Assembly: GCA_002269645.1 (NCBI GenBank) | Contig: NIVC01000042.1 | Coordinates: forward strand, 372,001 to 436,000 | Direction: 5' to 3' | Length of the DNA stretch: 64,000 nucleotides | Source of the DNA: Macrostomum lignano | Lineage: Eukaryota | Shown here: positions 61,575 through 64,000 of the stretch, piece by piece | Layout of the letters: every line of letters begins with the position of its first letter | Numbering within the stretch: the first letter of the stretch is position 1 | Position numbers and translations under genes: made by a program | Notes under the pieces: model-generated | Database searches by the model: none | The model's input: the letters and a program-made list of their open reading frames with translations, nothing else | What the model was told of the DNA's origin: nothing

Positions 61575-61900
61575 AACAGAAAAGCTTCCAACCAATCAGC
61601 GGGTTTCCAGAAGGAAGAGAATAGAAAAGCTTCCAACGAATCAGTGAGCATCCAAGAGGAAGAGAATAGAACAGCATCCAAGACGAAGAGAATAGGAAAG
61701 CTTCCAACCAATCAGCGGGTTTCCAGAAGGAAGAGAATAGAAAAGCTTCCAACCAATCAGCGAGCATCCAAAAGGAAGAGAATAGAAAAGCTTCCAACCA
61801 ATCAGCGAGCATCCAAAAGGAAGAGAATAGGAAAGCTTCCAACTAATCAGTGTGCATCCAGGGGTAAGAAAATATCAAAAGCTTCCAACCAATCAGCGCC
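61575..61900. repeat. ~41-bp minisatellite (GAAAAGCTTCCAACCAATCAGCGAGCATCCAAAAGGAAGAGAATA-like)n
   Basis: About 7 units downstream of MMD. Confidence 0.9.
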
Positions 61901-64000
61901 CATCTATAGATATAAAGGGATTATAATGCTTGGAAATATATCGAAATACATCCAGTTATTTTTTCAGTTTTCGCTACAGATTTCTTGTTTTGCTTTGTGA
62001 AAATGCACAGCATGCTACTTTCAGTATAATTCGCACTCGTTCAGTTGAAAAATTGTTATTTACTTTTCTATATTTTATCAAACTATTGAATATGACTTGC
62101 TAAAGGTATATTCAAGAAACTGCAGCTTATTCTGGTGTTCAGATAACAATCATAAGACACCTACCTGTCTGCCTTCCTGTATGCTGTTCGTGTGCCACCT
62201 AAATATTTTCAAGCAGTACAAAATGCGCACATGCCGTCTGCCTTTCCGTCTGCGCTGCACCTCGACTCGACTCTTTGACAAAATTTTAGTATGAAATTCA
62301 GCTTGATGAAACTCATTCCATCAAGTATTTTTTCACACTTTGCCGACTTTGCGTTGCTTATTTTATTTGCTTTTACTTAATTTCTAACGGAAAAATTGGT
62401 TTTAATCTTCCAAATGTTTATTTGTTTGGATTAATTTAACTCTTAAATATAAAGACACTATCTCGAATGCTCAATATAATTTCTTTTCATTTATACTTTC
62501 TTTCTATTCCTATGTATGGAAATTTGCAAGAGAAGTTTTTTACATCTTTAACATTCTTTGTTTGGCCCTGTATATTTAAAAACATTAGCGCTCGTGTTTA
62601 GGGTGACTTTCAATCGATTTTAACAAATGATGAAATGCTCTGTAAGTAAATTAATAGTTTTTTGAAATGCCAAGGCTCAAGAAGTTTCTGAGGTGCCATG
62701 ACTCAATGGGCTGATCTTTTAGGTAAGAACACATACTAAAATAACTAGATGGGCCACTCAGCACATTTGCGTGCAAGCTACTCTCAGTTTAGTAGCAAGT
62801 TAAACTGAAGCATTTTAATGTTTTTTTTAAAGCCAAAGCTCATTTATTGGCTCTTACCCCCGCCCAAGCTTAAAACCTCCAACTCCACACCGAACTCTAC
62901 GCCCGCCGCCCAATTTTTTTTTACCTACCTCGGTTGTTCCAGCCTAAATCTGTCATGTACATTTCAGTGGCTAATTTACATTATGGCTGAACCAATTAGC
63001 TTATGTATTCTTCATTGTATCATTTTGGACGGGTTTTTAGGGGTCCACCAATGAAGCCAAATTGCTGCACGCTTTAAATGTCTATGGCCAAACCACATTG
63101 AGCAAAGCACTTCAGCAAAAATCCAAGCGAGCCAGAATCTCAACTCAGTCAATAGGCCTGCGAACAAAAAGTGGATAGCAAGCACGTAGTACATCTCCTG
63201 TTGAAGAGATTCGGTCCAGAAGGGATCACTTCGGTCAAAGTAGCGGCGTTGCTTTTCCAAATCCTCTGTCTCCAAAGCACAGAACGGTTTCACGGAGCCA
63301 CATAACTTGATGAACATTGGCAGCGGTGGGTTTGAATTGAAGATTGGCCTTTCCGAAACGTTGATCCTCGATGATATTGAGTCCACAGACACGAAGTAGA
63401 TAGCGGAATGGACCAGCTCAAGCGGTAATCAATGAAGCAGGCACATACAATCCGCCATCAATCTTGCGTAAGCGTAGAAGAGCGTAGAAGATGCGCAATC
63501 CAGTGACTAGATGTTCAATATCGGCTGTCGCCGGATCGCAAGAGTAGCTCTTGCTTTGACAGAACCTCTCTAAACTTACGAAGCACCAATTTTCTTGCAC
63601 TAGAACAGACCGGCGTATTGTCCAATTGCATTGCGGACTCTCGCTTACTCGTTCGCCCAACTGGGAACTCGAAGCCCCAACAACGTCAACTTGCGACATG
63701 TGCCGGTTGTTAAATCGTTAAATCCAAAACGAAACCCATTTGCCTTTGGTCGCAGTCGCGCGTTGAGCTTTAGCTAGCTAGCTATTGACTTATGAGCCTT
63801 CTGCTATTGACTTACAACTTCATGTCTACACTTTCTATTTTGGACCATAGATACTTCGAGCGTTGACCCAAACTGATTGTTGCACGCTTCAAATATCTAT
63901 GGTCCAAACGCCTTCAAAATCATACAATATCGGTGAAGAACGGCTACTCGTGCATCAAAAGTTTATGACCTCGGGCGCTTAATTGTACTTATACCCAAAA

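Overview
Repeat-rich animal (invertebrate) nuclear DNA with spliceosomal GT-AG introns. The GC-rich, Ala/Ser-rich exons separated by minisatellite-filled introns resemble Macrostomum-type flatworm assemblies; this is inference and the species cannot be confirmed here. Genes: an apparently intronless class I SAM-dependent methyltransferase (6958-7743,+), a Tis11/ZFP36 tandem CCCH zinc-finger gene (~15998-18048,+), a Rabaptin-5-like gene with a C-terminal FYVE-like domain (22986-26220,-), a full-length 15-exon huntingtin (35776-57571,+) and an MMD/PAQR-family gene (59775-61459,+). There are about 25 distinct tandem arrays, a tRNA-derived SINE family, and several non-autonomous DNA transposons with clear TIRs and 8-bp TSDs. 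Most striking: three transposon copies from two families with unrelated TIRs (1222-2438; 29881-30147; 42232-45638) each carry, about 100 nt inside one terminus, the same 28S rRNA segment that contains the R2 retrotransposon / I-PpoI target site. Its flanks and spacing are conserved, but the 16-nt cleavage core differs in every copy.
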